Assembly (NCBI RefSeq): GCF_009914755.1
Contig: NC_060929.1
DNA length: 64,000 bases
Strand: one strand, 5' to 3'
From: the human T2T-CHM13v2.0 reference genome, Homo sapiens
Part shown: piece after piece, positions 43,323-58,781 of the stretch
Position numbering within the stretch: position 1 is the stretch's first letter
How the letters are laid out: every line of letters begins with the position of its first letter
Translations under genes and position numbers: made by a program
Notes under the pieces: generated by a model
The model's database searches: none
What the model was told of the DNA's origin: nothing
The model's input: only the letters and a program-made list of their open reading frames with translations

Positions 43323-45209
43323 GGATAGAATTCAGGTTTTGTGCTTTTCAAATTTTTTCAGCTTTAACTTTTCAGATACTCTTTTGATTGTGATACTAAT
43401 AATTTTGACCTGATTGATCAAAATTTGAAAAAGCTTTGGAAGGCAAGATTGGATTTTGGCAATATGTGCAGGTTATAGGACACCAAAAAGGTGACAATGA
43501 GAATATGCAGTGAAAAAACACATGGAGTCACTGCAGCCATGTGGGAGCCTGCAAATCATGCGTTTTCACCACCATCCCTGGGGAGGAAGGAGGAAAACGT
43601 GGCACTGAGCAGCCTGCCCACACTGAAAATGAAATCCCAGCCAGCAGGAGCGCCAACGGTGGGGGAGGGGGGGGGGTTTTTCCTTGGGAACAGGTGCTGC
43701 CTCTAAGGTTTCAATTTGCTCATTTGCCCCCTCAATCAGAATAACAGTTGCACCAGGACTTCAAGAGGTTATTTGGCTGCTAGGGAGAGTCAGGGGAAAC
43801 CCAGGTCTTTGGGGCTTGTGTACCAAGAAACTGGCCCAGCCATTGTCATGCTCTTATCCTGCCAGAGCCCAGAGGACATGTGGAGGGAGCAGGCCTGACC
43901 CAAGAAAGTCTTGGCAGCACTGCTGTGTCCCCAAATGAGGCTTTATCCTGATTTGGGGGCCTCTACTGCTCTCTCTGACCCCTTGTCTGGGTCTTGGGGC
44001 TGAATCCCATCGGCCTGGCAACTCATTGCCCCATCACCCATGGAGAAAACTGGAGAGCCTAGAAGCTGAGGGCTGGAGAAAATAGGGCATAGCACTGACA
44101 AAGTAGTAGCCTAAGGACAGAACAGCCAGGCAGGGCCAGGGACCTGAAGGTGGCCTTTGGCTGGAGCAGATTGGAGCAGAGCCCTTAGCATCTGTGCGTG
44201 TGGTTGTGTCAGAAGTAACAGCTCAGGAGGAAGTCAAGGGAACCCAGACCACCTGGAGGGAGTCAGGAACGGGTATGGTGGTGGCAGAGAGAGGAATAGG
44301 ATGATAACATGATCCGTTCCCAGGACCCGGCCCAGGCAGATAAGGTGGAGAATTGGTGTGATTTCCTCTGCACACCTAGTCACTTTCTTTCCCATTCCCA
44401 CCCTTTCTCCATCCCTGGCAGCATTGCAGGTGTTAAGTGGATAAAGATAAGGCAAGATCCTGAGCTTAACCAGACCATTGTCACTGTAAACATATAATTG
44501 CAGTGCAGTGTGATGAGCAGAGAAGCAGGAGGAGGAAGCCAGTGCAAAGACAGTGTCCGGGGAGGTGCCATGCAATCTCGGATATTATCCCTTCTAGTAA
44601 TCTCATGTTTCTTAGTGTTGTCTTCAAATGGACTATGAGCGCTTTTAGGCCAGAGACCAGGCTTTTGCCTCTGACTCCCGCACAAGCCTCACCCAATTCA
44701 GAGTTACAGTAAGTGTTGGTCAGTGCTTTAAATGGATCAACCATCCTTGACTCCTGTGGCTGATGTGTTTGGTTGGAGATGACAGCCCCAAAGTCTTTTT
44801 AAAGCAGAAAGCAGAAAAGCTTGGATGGTCAGTTAATCCAGGCTCTACTTTCAGAGAGGCAGGTTTGAAATCTGTCCCACTTTAGCTGAGCCACTTGGGG
44901 CAGGTTATAGGACAGATTTGTTATACTCCAGCTCTCTGAGATTCTGTTTCTCTAGCTATCAGAGTGCATGCCGCTGCTGAGAGCTGACCTCGGGATTGTG
45001 CCTGGCTGCAGTCAGCACTCAGAACAGGGTGTGGCTTCTCTAGACTGGAGTGGTCTGAGTCTATTTTATTCCATCAGGCTCTAGTTTTTTCTAGAACTGC
45101 CCTTCTTAATTCTGTTCTGAGCCAGAGTCTGGAGGTCCAGGAAAGGGATTAGTCCTTGAAGTTTACTTTGCAAAAAAAAAAAAATTTTTTTTAAAAAAGC
45201 TTAGATCTC

Positions 45210-45540
<331 letters not shown>

Positions 45541-45770
45541 TTAGGTATAACTAGGAGTAGCAAAAAGGTCAGGTGACAATGTGGGACCAGAGAGATCTTT
45601 AGTCTTCCAAAACATCAAAAGACTCACCTGATCCCTCCACGGCAGTTACGTGTCCATTTTCCGCCTTGCAACCAGCAAGTAATTTAAAGGGTGATATTCT
45701 GGCCTTGTGTGAATATCTGATCCCACAACGACCAATTTTACCCAAGGGCTTTCTAGCATCCATGCCTGAT

Positions 45771-46008
45771 CAGAGTCTCACTCTTTTGCCCAGGCTGGAG
45801 TGCAGTGGCGTGATCTTGGCTCACTACAGCCTCAACTTCCCAGGTTCAAGTGATCCTCCCATCTCAACTGCCTGAGGAGCTAGGACTACAGGTGCATGCC
45901 ACTATGCCCAGCTAATTTGTGTATTTTTTGTAGAGACGGGGTTTTGCCATGTTGCCCAGACTGGTCTCGAACTCCTGAGCTCAAGCAATCTGCCCTCCTC
46001 AGCCTTCC
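45771..46008 (-). mobile_element. Truncated AluJ-like
   Basis: Antisense Alu body without tail. Confidence 0.85.
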
Positions 46009-46639
46009 AAGGAGTAAGGAGCAAGGAGTTGGGAAAATGTGTTTGGTCTTTAGGAGGCGGAAGAGTGAATGTAACTGAAAGGTTGAGGTTTCCTCTTCCT
46101 CCCTTTCCTCTCTTTCTCCTGTGATTCTTCAGCTCTTTAGAAATGGGTCCGAGGGCCTTGCCTGGGACAGACCGTGCTCCCAAGCCTCTATATGGAATGT
46201 TTTCCATTCCGGGCTGGTGCCCTGGGTGAGGTTGGGGAGGGAGGCGAGAACAGCGAGCTTCATCTCCAGATCCTGTGTTTTTTCCATTTTTGGAATGAGC
46301 TGGAAGGGCGTTTGGAGGTGGTAGTGTCATTATCTCTCCTGCTGACACTTTGCTTGTGGAAGGCTCATTGGTGTCACCAACCTCTTCCTGAATGGAAAAA
46401 TGTTTCCAGTCTTTGTTTATTTTTTCCCCTCTTCATATAATAACGATGGACCAAAGGTGCTTCAACGCACCACTCACCTGACATTCACGGAGCATTGTCT
46501 GTGGGCCGCGTCCTCAGGCTAAGCGGACAGAAGGCAACCTTAAGGTGCTCACTGTCTAGTTTGGGAGGTGAGACGGGTGCCCACAAGAAACCGAGCAGAG
46601 GACAATGCAGCCCAAAAAGACTTGTAAAAATAAGCTCCA

Positions 46640-46860
46640 ATATATTGTCTGGCCTGATAGCAATCTTTTATTGGTCACGTATTATGCACTTATCTTTAAT
46701 ATCTCTGGAAGACAGACAGACATTATCATTCTATATTTCAGATGAGGAAACTGAAGCTCAGATAGGTTACACAGTTTACCCCAGGCCACACAGCTCTTCA
46801 GTCTAGGAGACTGGTTCTGTCTGTATCAAAGCCCACTCTCCATTCAACCATGCTGCTCTG
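46640..46860 (-). mobile_element. MIR
   Basis: tttcagatgaggaaactgaagctcagataggtta. Confidence 0.65.
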
Positions 46861-47027
46861 TTACCAGGCGGTAAAAGAAACAGTTTAGAGAAGGTGAGAG
46901 ACAAGTTAGTTACTATCTACAAGGTATGTGTTACTTTTGAAATTTTAACTTTTCCATTTTTAGGTAATCATCAAAACAATGTGTTAGCAAGGTATTAAAT
47001 GTATTGCAGCAGTTAAAAAAAATCTTT

Positions 47028-47323
47028 GGCAGGGCACAGTGGCTCACGCCTGTAATCCTAGCACTTTGGGAGGCCGAGGCGGGCGGATTATGTGAGGTCA
47101 GGAGTTCTAGACCAGCCTAGCCAGCATGGTGAAACCCTGTCTCTACTAAAATACAAAAATTAGCCAGGCATGGTGACACATACCTATAATCCCAGCTACT
47201 TGGGAGGCTGAGGCGAGAGGATCGCTTGAGCCTGGGAGGCGGAGGTTGCAGTAAGTTAAGATGGTGCCACTGCCCTCCAGCCTGGGCGACAGAGCGAGAT
47301 TCTGTCTCAATTAAAAAAAAAAA
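47028..47323 (+). mobile_element. AluS
   Basis: Full dimer. Confidence 0.9.
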
Positions 47324-47559
47324 GAAGCAGCAGCAAGGAAGGGAGCAGGCACCAGGCCCCATAAGGGCTGGCATAAGGGGAGGCCTCCCTGGCAGGTGCT
47401 GTGGCTTTGAAAGAGGGACACAGCCAGCCCAGGATGACTCCGCAGGGAAGGAGCTGGGAAAGTAACTCCCCAACTCCCCAACCTCACTCTGCTCTCTCCC
47501 TCCCCTCTCCTGCTGGTGCCTGAGTTCAGATCACTATACCTATGTTTCCCAAATGGTGA

Positions 47560-47884
<325 letters not shown>

Positions 47885-49036
47885 GATAAAGATTTTTTAA
47901 AGTTTAATAATTATGTATTAAAATATACACGTGTCCATATCTATCAAGTGCTTCTATCTTCTTTATGTAATAAAATATTTACAAAATCTATTATTTCACA
48001 AGTGTTTATTTTTGGTACAAAGCTAAGCTACGTATTGAAGTTAAAGGTTGACTGGATTTGATGGACTGTGGTACGGGGCCTGGCAAAACTGCCTGGAGTT
48101 CAGGGAACCAGTGCTCCCAACAGACTCCACACTTGATCCTTTGATCTCTGACTTCACACATACACCATCCTTCCTGGGAGGTCAGGGGTTTTGGTCACCC
48201 ACGGACACTTGTCCCTGATTTCTCAAGGTTACAGAGGGGGTTCCTAAGGCCTCATCCCAGAAACTCGTTCACCTCACCTGAGGAGCTAGGAGAGGAACCC
48301 TGCTTCTGTGTAGGCTCACTGAGTTACACCCCAAGTAAGAGTAGGCTGCCCCTAAGTCCTGCACTGCCCTGAAACCTGTCCCTGTGCTGAAAAATAATCC
48401 CACAGCAGAGCCAGCAGGGAGGAAGAAAGGGGAACCGGGACCCTGTGCCCACATTCTGGTCTCGGGGAAGCTCGGTAAGTACCACCCCCTTACTCCAGCC
48501 CCCATCTCCCAGAGGCATGTGGGGTCAGCCCAAAAGACAAGACACAAAGGGACTCTACCCAGAGATCAGTGGCCACTGGCTCGTCCCTCCCCTCTCACAC
48601 CTGGGAAAAGATGAAGGCCCTTCTCCCTTCCCCCTTACAAGGAGTGGCACTGCCAGGAATCATTCTGTACAACAGGCCATTTAGCATTATCTCTGTGCTC
48701 TCCCCTGGGAGTGTCTGCTTCACCCAGAAAATGCCCCAGGGCACGTGCCTCTGTGCAGAGCAGCTGCAGGAGAAACCAGGGTACATTAGGCAAAGGCTCT
48801 ATGCTATTATGATTTATCATGTATCTTATTATGTTACTCAGAGAAGTGGGTTGTCAAACTCTCGTTGAGAAGTGGCCATTTCTTTTGGAAAAGTTTGAAT
48901 GGTAATTCCAGGTTTTAATCTTGGATCTACCAAAATTTGGGTAAACATTCCCTGTCCTCAACACCTTAGGTAGAAAAGTGTTGCCTGGGGTAGGCCTGGT
49001 TTACGCCTGTGACTTCTTTATTTTAAAAGAATTTTG

Positions 49037-49403
<367 letters not shown>

Positions 49404-50376
49404 CTAGAATGTGGGGCTGGAAGAGATTTCCAAGGGTCTTTAATTCATTCTGTGGCTGGAAGGCAACAAGCAGACCCCACAACCCTGCTGTCCAGGAAGA
49501 GCCCCATGCCTGCCTCAGCCCAGCCCTCAGTCCAGCCCTTCACAGGTGTCTCCATGGTACAATTTCTCCTTCGTCTGCTTCTTCTCTCCTCTGCTCAGAA
49601 TTCTCTGATGAGAGATGAGCAAACAGGAAAAGCTGGGACTGCAGGGGGAACAGCCTCCTGTTCCAGCAGCAAGGAGACCCTTGGACTTGAAGATAAGCCC
49701 AGGAGGTAACTTGTTCTCCTGGCTTCCTTGTGATAAAGGCAATAACTCTCTGAGGTGGAATCAGAAACGAAGAGAGGCGGCCAGTGAGTGTGGGTGACCC
49801 AAAGGGACCGCAGGGCGTGCAGGGCTGGTGCTGCAGGCCTTGTCTGCAGGCTCAGGGCCATGACCGCCCAGAACCAAATGGCCTTTACCCAGCTGAGCTT
49901 GCCTAGCTCCTCACTATCACAAAGGCTGCTGTAGGAGCCCCACCTGGCTCTCCCTGAGCTGGACCCCTGCCAGGGCTGCTTGCGGGGCTCTCAGCCTAAT
50001 TCTAAGCTTCTTTCTGCTCCCCTCTCAACCAGAGCAGTCAGCTACTTCTTAGGGAGCAGACGGGACCAGAATGTCCTGGGGTTGGAAGGTTTGCTCTCTA
50101 TTTTGTTATTCTGGGAATGATATGCTTGATTTTACTTAATTATAAGACATTTATTGAATTTCTGCCGAGTGGCAGGTAGCTGACTGTGCTAGGTGCTGGA
50201 GGTGCAAAGGTGAACTGATCCTGACTCTTCCCTGCAAGCACAGTGAGTTTGTGCCCTGATGCTCTGAACTACAGGCCAAGAATGGGAGCAGCGGTTCTGC
50301 CTCAGGCTGTGAGGAGGGCTGGGGAAGTCTTTAGAGGGGAGCAGACTTTAGGCAAAGCCTTGAAAGATAAGGGGAG

Positions 50377-51074
50377 TGATATGGTTTGGCTCTGTGTCCC
50401 CACCCAAATCTCGTCTTGAATTGTAATCCCACATGTTAAGTGAGAGAGGGACCTCTAATCCCCATGTGACAAGGGAAGGAGGTGATTGAATCACGGGGGC
50501 AGTTTCTTTCATGCTATTCTCGTGATGGTGGGTGAGTTCTCACGAGATCTGATGGTTTTACAAGTGTTTGACAGTGTCTCCTTCACACACTTGCTCTCTC
50601 GCCTGCTCCATGTAAGACGTGACTGCTTCTCCTTCTGCCAGGATTCTAAATTTCCTGAGGCCTCCCCAGACCTGAAAAACTGTGAGTCAATTAAACATCT
50701 TTTCTTTATAAATTACCCAGTCCCGGCCAGGCACAGTGGCTCACACCTGTAATCCCAGCACTTTGGGAGGCCAAGGTGAGCAGATCACTTGGGGTCAGGA
50801 GTTCAAGACCAGCCTGGCCAACATGGTGAAACCCCATCTCTACTAAAAATACAAAAATTATCCGGGCGTTGTGGCGGCCGCCTGTAATTCCAGCTACTCA
50901 GGAGGCTGAGGCAGGATAATCGCTTGAACCTGAGAAGCAGAGGTTGCAGTGAGCCAAGGTTGCGCCACTGCACTCCAGCCTGGGCAACAGAGTGAGACTC
51001 CATCTCAAAAATAAATAAATAAATAACCCAGTCTGGGGCAGTTCTTTATAGCAGTGTGAAAATAGACTAATATA
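50377..51074 (+). mobile_element. THE1D-like MaLR solo LTR, interrupted by an Alu and inserted in an L2 remnant
   Basis: Starts TGATATGGTTTGGCTCTGTGTCCCCACCCAAATCTC; perfect 5-bp TSD GGGAG at 50372-50376 and 51075-51079. Confidence 0.9.
50725..51021 (+). mobile_element. AluS inside the THE1 LTR
   Basis: TSD TAAAT(T/A)ACCCAGTC; (TAAA)n tail. Confidence 0.92.
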
Positions 51075-51254
51075 GGGAGCCTTTCCATGGTTGGCAAAGA
51101 TAGGAAGGACTTTCCAGACCAAGGAAAATGCTTGAACAGATGTCTGGAGGTGTTGGAGGAATGGATACTGTTGGGTGAGATTGGAATGCAGGGAAAAGCT
51201 GGGGCAGGTTGGAGAGTCAGAGCTCAGAGGTGTGATGAGAAAGCCCTCTGGAGG

Positions 51255-51450
51255 CACACAGACTAGCTGCACAGCCTTGGGCAAGTCATTTCACTTCTCT
51301 CAGCTGCAGTTTATTTATCTGTATAATGGGGATAATATAACCTACTTCATAAGATTGTTGTGAGAATTAAAAGATATATCAGATGTAAATCAGCCAGCAT
51401 GGAGTCCGGCAAATACATGCTCACAAAATGTCAATTACTGGCACTGTTTC
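51255..51450 (+). mobile_element. MIR
   Basis: ccttgggcaagtcatttcacttctct...atctgtataatggggataata core. Confidence 0.75.
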
Positions 51451-52609
51451 TACTGCTACTAATAAAAAGTGGGCTGTTCTTTTCTAAACCATGCGGCTTG
51501 AGTCACTGGAGTCAGCCAGCAGTGCTGCACTCCTATACCAGGTCAGGTCTTATGATTCCATTTAGAAAGATACTATCTGGTACAGGACGCTAATGGAAGA
51601 AAATGCACATGGCTGGCTTGCTTGGGGCTCTGCTGCCGTATTTTTCTGACGGTTACATCAGGCCAGCAGTGTGGCTCTTGACATCAGTAATGCATTCATT
51701 ACTTTTTATTACACACCTATTTATTACAAACCTGCTATGTGTCAGGTACTGGATCCAATGTCTTAGTAAGAGTAGGTGAATAAAGCTGACAGGGAAGAGA
51801 GAAACAAATTCTTTTCAAAACTGACTTTGTAAATGTATTGGAAGCCATAATTTAACTGCGTACTATGACCCTGTACCTGGAAACTTGTTCGGGGTCTGGG
51901 GGGAGAGTTCTTTCTGTATGTCTCTATTATTGACATGTGAGTGCCTCAGGAGTAGCCACTGTGGGGACTGGGTCACTTTGTCCATTTGGACACTCGACAG
52001 GTATTTATGCACACCTACTATGTGCCCAGCAATATTCTATGCATTAGCTGGTCATTGAGATGTGAAGAGCTCTTTCAGGATGATAACGATTATCTCTAAA
52101 ATGATCATTTTTGTTTTAGAAAGAATCAAGCCCACTTTCTCCTGCCTGTTCTTTCTCAGATAGACTTGGTAAGAGGAAGGGGGAAATGCATGCACCTGCA
52201 TCGCTGTCAGTAAACTGCCGTTCAAGCAGCAACTTAAGCTGGAGTCAAATGCTACTCAGGAGTGATGGGCAGGGAAAGGGTTCGGGTGGGGTGGGGCGTT
52301 AGCTCCTGTTTTAGAGCTCTGGTTGTCTTTTTCTGTAGGGCGTGGGCTGGTTTCCCTAAAGGACAACTGCTGGACTCGTCCATCCAGGATGTCACATTTC
52401 ACTCTCAGCTGACACAGTGATGGTGGTGGGGGGGAGTGGCGAATCCGTTCAAGGAAAAGGCAACTACTTACTTTCCCTACCCTATCCCCACACTTTGAAA
52501 TCAGTATCTACAGGAGATAGTTTATCCCCTTATATTTATTTAGAGGAAAGATTTTCCTCAAACATGGTCAGAAGAAGACTAAAGAATAATAATGAAACTA
52601 ATTTAATGG

Positions 52610-52850
52610 CCAGGTAGTAGCCATCATTTTGGAGAATTTATAATGTTCTAAGCAAATAGGTGCTTTTCATACATATCTCATTTAATCCTAACAACAATCT
52701 TGTCAAGTTCATGCTATCATTTCCATTTCACAGACAAGGAAAATTGAAACCAAGAGGATGGGTAAGTCCATGGTTACATAGTTGGTGAACAGAAAAGCTG
52801 GGAGTCTAACCTGTCTCTCTCAGGCTTCAGAGGGCATGGCCTCCACACCA
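52610..52850 (-). mobile_element. MIR
   Basis: ctcatttaatcctaacaacaatc...ccatttcacagacaaggaaaattga. Confidence 0.65.
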
Positions 52851-53031
52851 GCACTCTCCTGGTGGAGGGGTTGATGCTGCCACGAGAGTCTCTTCTCCCC
52901 TTGATTTTTTCTCTTCTCTTCTCTTCCTTTCTTCCTCCTATCCCCTCCACCCATTTCTTAATGATTCTTTAATTAACCAAGCAAGGTTAGAAAACTTTGA
53001 TGAGCTTCCTCTAGCAGTGGGGCCGTTTATC

Positions 53032-53621
<590 letters not shown>

Positions 53622-54969
53622 TGAGTCCTCCTTTCTAATTAAAAATCGTCACCACTGGCTTTCATCCCATGCTAACGAGAAGAGTGTGTGTGAGTTTGTG
53701 CGCAGTGTGTGCATGGGTCTTTATCTCTACTTCCTGTTTCATATTTAATTTGACAATTTTTTCCAGTTTGTGGATGTGGAACACGTGTAAGGTTGGGAGC
53801 ATCGTCTGTTAGTAATCATTACCGCATTTTGGGGCTGGCTTGCTCCCACTGAGCCTGACCAAAGTCTTGTGGATTATGATCTTCCCGCCTCCTGAAATTG
53901 CTTTGTCCTGATCACCCTGATTCCTGAAGGGACTGCCTTCAGGGCAGCAGTTTTGCCTTGGAAACTTTTCCAGAAGTGCTGGGATGATTCTTGTGTGTCA
54001 GGGAGAGGGGAGGTGGTACAGAAGCCCGATTTGGTAGATAAAGAACTGCAAGCTCTGGAAAACACAGCCTCCCACACCCTCCACAGTAGTTGTTTGGATT
54101 GGGGTGAACCGTAGCTCCAGCCTTTGGGTCATCCTTCATCCAGGCTGGATGAGGACATGGTTAGTCTGTGTTCACTTCTGCCTTTTCTCCAAAGTCTGGG
54201 GCCCAAACCCATCTGGACTGGACTCTCAGACCCAGCCTGCCCCCTGCTCAGCAGCATGGTCTTGCAGACCCCTGTTGTGGAGTATAGGGCCTGAGCATAG
54301 CCTCAGAGTGAGACCTCATGAGAACATGATGGGCACTGGGGGGTTGGAGAAGCTTCACCTTCTCAGCCTATCTGTGGGTATAAGGCAGTGGAAATCCTGT
54401 TGGCCGTAAGGGTCCTAGGGACCCTATCCTCATGTCACCAGTCTAAGTGGGGATTCAGAGCTGCTATCCAGGTGCCTGCTGCAAATGCCCTAGTCCTCCC
54501 ACAGTGGTAACCGTTCTTACCCTACTAACTATTGAGCCTTAGAAACACTTCCTGGGTGTTTCTGAGCCACTGAGATTTTTTTTATCATCAGACTGATTGC
54601 TAAGGATTATCTCATGTATTGAATGGGAGCAAATCAGTTGTAGAATAAGAGCTGGAAGAAATTTACCAATCGGTCTGACCTGGGAAGTACTGTATCTGGG
54701 AAGTACTGTTCCAAGACTGAGAAGTCTTGGAACTGCTGAAATACAGTGCACAATTCTGTGTGGTGTGCATCTTTCCAGGGAGAGGGTCCATGGCCTTCAC
54801 GAGCTTCCCAAATTGTCTGGGACTTCTCCAAAAAGTTAAGAATCACTGGTACAATCACCCCTTCACCCCACCGAAGAGTGCTATAGAATGGGTCCCAATG
54901 AACAGGGTTGGGGGAGGTTCAGAGGGGGTGAAGTACTCATAGACTTGTGTAAATGGTTCTAGGTCTCAT

Positions 54970-55127
54970 ACTTTCAGGTGATGAGAGTGGGTGGGGGAGG
55001 ATTGAGAGAGATAAATCCTTTGTATTTCTTTGCAGTAAATCGTTTATATTTCTTTGCATCAACTTTTGGTGATGAGAGTGGGTGGGGGAGGACTGGGTAG
55101 AAATAAATAGTTTGTGTTTCTTTGCAG
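54970..55127 (+). repeat. Diverged ~91-bp tandem duplication
   Basis: GGTGATGAGAGTGGGTGGGGGAGGA at 54977 and 55068, each followed by ...ataaat...tttctttgcag. Confidence 0.85.
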
Positions 55128-56109
55128 ACAAGGATAATCCATTTTTATTATTTGCTCTTAGCTTTGTGGATGTACATTAAAGAGTCTGAAGTATAAAGAA
55201 TTATAACCATCCCAGACTCCCTGACTTTGAATAATCCATTATAAAAGTACAGTTCCTTTTATCACAATATTCTTATCTTCTGTTTGTTTCTGAGCTAAAA
55301 AGAAATGCCCTAAGCTACACCCCAGCTGCAGAGTTTCTAGACCAAAGGCTACTGTTTTTTTCCTGCAGGAACCCTGGGGTGTTTGGGGGTTAAAAGGCCT
55401 GGGCCAGCCATGTGTGTTTAAAAAACAAGGCTGACTCCAAAGCTGGTGGCTCCAGCCTGACTCCATCCTGCTGTTAATGGAGGACAGAGGACCACTTACA
55501 GCTTCCTCTTCACCCCATAACAAATAACCCGGCGCTCCCCCAGGCCTTCCTGCACCCCCACCCGCACCGCCCTCCCGGTGGTGGCAGCAGCAAGCGCATG
55601 TTCTGAATCTGGTTTCTCGGCAGGCCCTGTGGTCAGCCCCGACAAGCTGTCTGAGACCCAGCTCCTTTCAGAGATAAGGCCCAAACTAACCACATTAGCA
55701 GGGTGCTTGGCCTGTTTGCCTTGCCTCTGTCTTCTGTTTGGACACTCCAGAACCTCCTGCGCAGGGTGGAGGCCTTTGCCCTACAGAGTGTGGTCCAGCT
55801 TTGAGCAGAGGCTCCTCTGGTGCCTCCTCTGGGAAGTCCTCCCTGACTGCTCTAGCCCAGGTGATGGCTCTTTGTTGCATTCATTTAGCAAATATTTGTC
55901 ATGCACCTTTTAAAAATTCTTTATCACAGCTTGTACAAACACAGCTTAGCATATCAGCACCGTCACTCCCATTTACTCATTGTGCACCCAGCTTGGCACT
56001 AAGCATCTGACAGAAAATATTTTATTGACTCAGCACGAGAGTCCTGTGAAATTGGCATCATCAGCATCCCATTTTACAGACAGGAAAATTGAGGCATTTT
56101 TATGTTTTG

Positions 56110-56330
56110 TTCTCTTTCCTTTTCCTCCCTCCCTCCCTTCCTTCCTCCCTTTCTTCCTCCCTCCCTCTCTTCCTTCCTTTCTTTTTGACAGGGTCTTGCT
56201 CTCTTACCCAGGCTGGAGTGCAGCGGCATGATCACAGCTCACTGCAACCTCAACCTCCAGAGCTCAGGTGAACCTCCCACCTCAGTCTCCTGAGTAGCTG
56301 GGACTACATGTCTGGCCACTGCATCTGGCA
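56110..56330 (-). mobile_element. Alu right arm with (CCTT/CCCT)n tail
   Basis: Pyrimidine microsatellite ~56110-56186 then antisense Alu. Confidence 0.85.
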
Positions 56331-57028
56331 GTATTTCTTTTTCTTAGCTTTTATTATCCTCTGTGGTTACATCATGTGTTTATCTGTTTACTTGTTTCAT
56401 ATCTGGCTCAAGTATTATATCATGAGCTCCATGGGGCAGGGATTTCCCTCCCAAGGTGGTGGGGACCTGGCATGAGCAGTACCTGTCACCTGGGAGGTAC
56501 TTAGTAGATGCTTGCTCAATGGCTAAGACACAGGAGGCTGTCACTAGTCCACAGCTTCATACCTGGTCAGCAGTGAAGCTGGGATTTGAACCCAGGTCCC
56601 TGTGTGCAGTCATTGCATCCAGTAGTTTCTGTCCATGTGTGAGTTCTTGTCCCCGGCCAGACCATCAGCTCCTTCAGGCCGGCCCAGGTCTTACCTGAAA
56701 GGGCACCAGGGCTTTGAAGTGGGGTCCACCTGGATTAAAACACTGGTTCCGCCACTCAGTTGGGTGACACTTGGAACATTCCCTATCCATTCTAAACCCA
56801 CATGGGCGCATTTCTAAAACTGGAAAAATAATGCCTAGTTGTTGTGAGAACTGGAAATAGTATGTGGGGTGCCTGGTTTTATCATAGGTGCTCAGTGAAA
56901 GGACAGCTAACATGAGACCGGACTCAACCTAACTTCTCAGGAAGCCAGGGGACTGGGTTAAAAAAGCTTGGAAATCTGTCCTCTTTTATTAGATTATAAA
57001 ACTATAAAACATGAGTACATGCTCATTG

Positions 57029-57149
57029 GAAGAAGAAGAAGAAGGAGAAGAAGAAGGAAAGGAGGGAAGGAAGGAAGGAAGGAAGGAAAGAGAAGGGAAG
57101 GGAAGGAAGGGAAGGAAGGAAGGAAGGAAGGAAGAAAGGAAGGAAAGAA
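57029..57149 (+). repeat. Polypurine (GAA)n/(GGAA)n tract
   Basis: About 120 nt of A/G only. Confidence 0.92.
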
Positions 57150-57628
<479 letters not shown>

Positions 57629-57708
57629 TTAAATGTGTTTACCCAAATCACATATTTTTTACATAGCAAAATCATACTAGGCATATGGTTTTAAAAATTG
57701 CTTTTTTT

Positions 57709-57997
57709 GGCCGGGTGCGGTGGCTCACACCTGTAAAGCACTTTGGGAGGCCAAGGAGGGCAGATCATGAGATCAAGAGATTGAGACCATCCTGGCCAAC
57801 ATGGTGAAACCCCATCGATACTAAAAAATACAAAAATTAGCTGGGTGTGGTGGCGTGTGCCTGTAGTCCCAGCTACTAGAGGCTGAGGCGGGAGAATCGC
57901 TTGAACCCGGGAGGCAGAGGTTGCAGTGAGCGAGATTGCGCCACTGCGCTCCAGCCTGGTGACAGAGCGAGACTCCGTCTCAAAAAACAAACAAAAA
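57709..57997 (+). mobile_element. AluSc-like inserted in an old L1
   Basis: TSD AAAAATTG(C/T)TTTTTT. Confidence 0.9.
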
Positions 57998-58186
57998 ATT
58001 GTTTTTTTCATTAACCTATCTTGGGGGCCTTCCTCTGTCACTTCATTCAGATTCACAGCAATCTTCTTAATGGCTGTGCAGCATTTCTGGTATGGCTGGA
58101 CTATAATTTATGCAACCATTCTCCTACTGATGGCTTTTTGCTTCCAATTTTTTCTCTATTTCATACAAGATGACAATGAATATTGT

Positions 58187-58610
58187 TTCTGTTATCTATT
58201 CCTAAGTAACAAATCCCTCGAAATTAAATGGCTTAAAACAATAATTCATTATTCCCCATGTTTCTGTAGGTGGACTAAGTGGTGGCTCTGCCTCCTGTGG
58301 TGCTGGACAGGGAGGGTCCGAACGTTCTCACTGGTGGGGCTGGTAGTTGGTGCTGGCTGGTGCTGGGCTGGGGCTATCCCCAGGAGCGCCTTTGGCTTCC
58401 CTCTTACTGGTCTCTCCATGTGGCTTGAGTTTCTCGCAGCATGGGTCCGGGTTCCAGAATGTCACTGCTGCCATACTCTATTGATCAAAGTCAGTCACAA
58501 GGCAAGCCCAGATTCAAAGGGGGTGGGAGCCAAGCTCTGCCTCTTGATGTGGGGAGCAGCATGTGTGCATGTGCGGGGAGAGGAAGACCTGCAGGGGGCC
58601 GTGTACTAAT
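58187..58610. mobile_element. Old MLT1 (MLT1I/J-like) LTR within an L1M remnant
   Basis: taacaaatccctcgaaattaaatggcttaaaacaa...gtcacaaggcaagcccagattcaaagggg...cctcttgatg; L1M-like flanks ~57520-58180 and ~58620-58770. Confidence 0.65.
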
Positions 58611-58781
58611 AATACGCACTCTCCTCAACATGATACAAGAGCACTTATTTCTCCATACCCTCACCAGGGTTGGATGTTATCCATTGTTTTCATCATAGTC
58701 CATCTCGTGGATGTAAAATTATAACTCGTTTTTAGTTTTAGAGGTGCTGAGCATCTTTTTATGTGTTTCACTTTAAAAAAA

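Noticed and set aside
57926-58609. Longest ORF in the track (227 aa, +)
   Set aside because: Runs across an Alu tail, an antisense L1M remnant and an MLT1 LTR; non-ATG start; no recognisable domain
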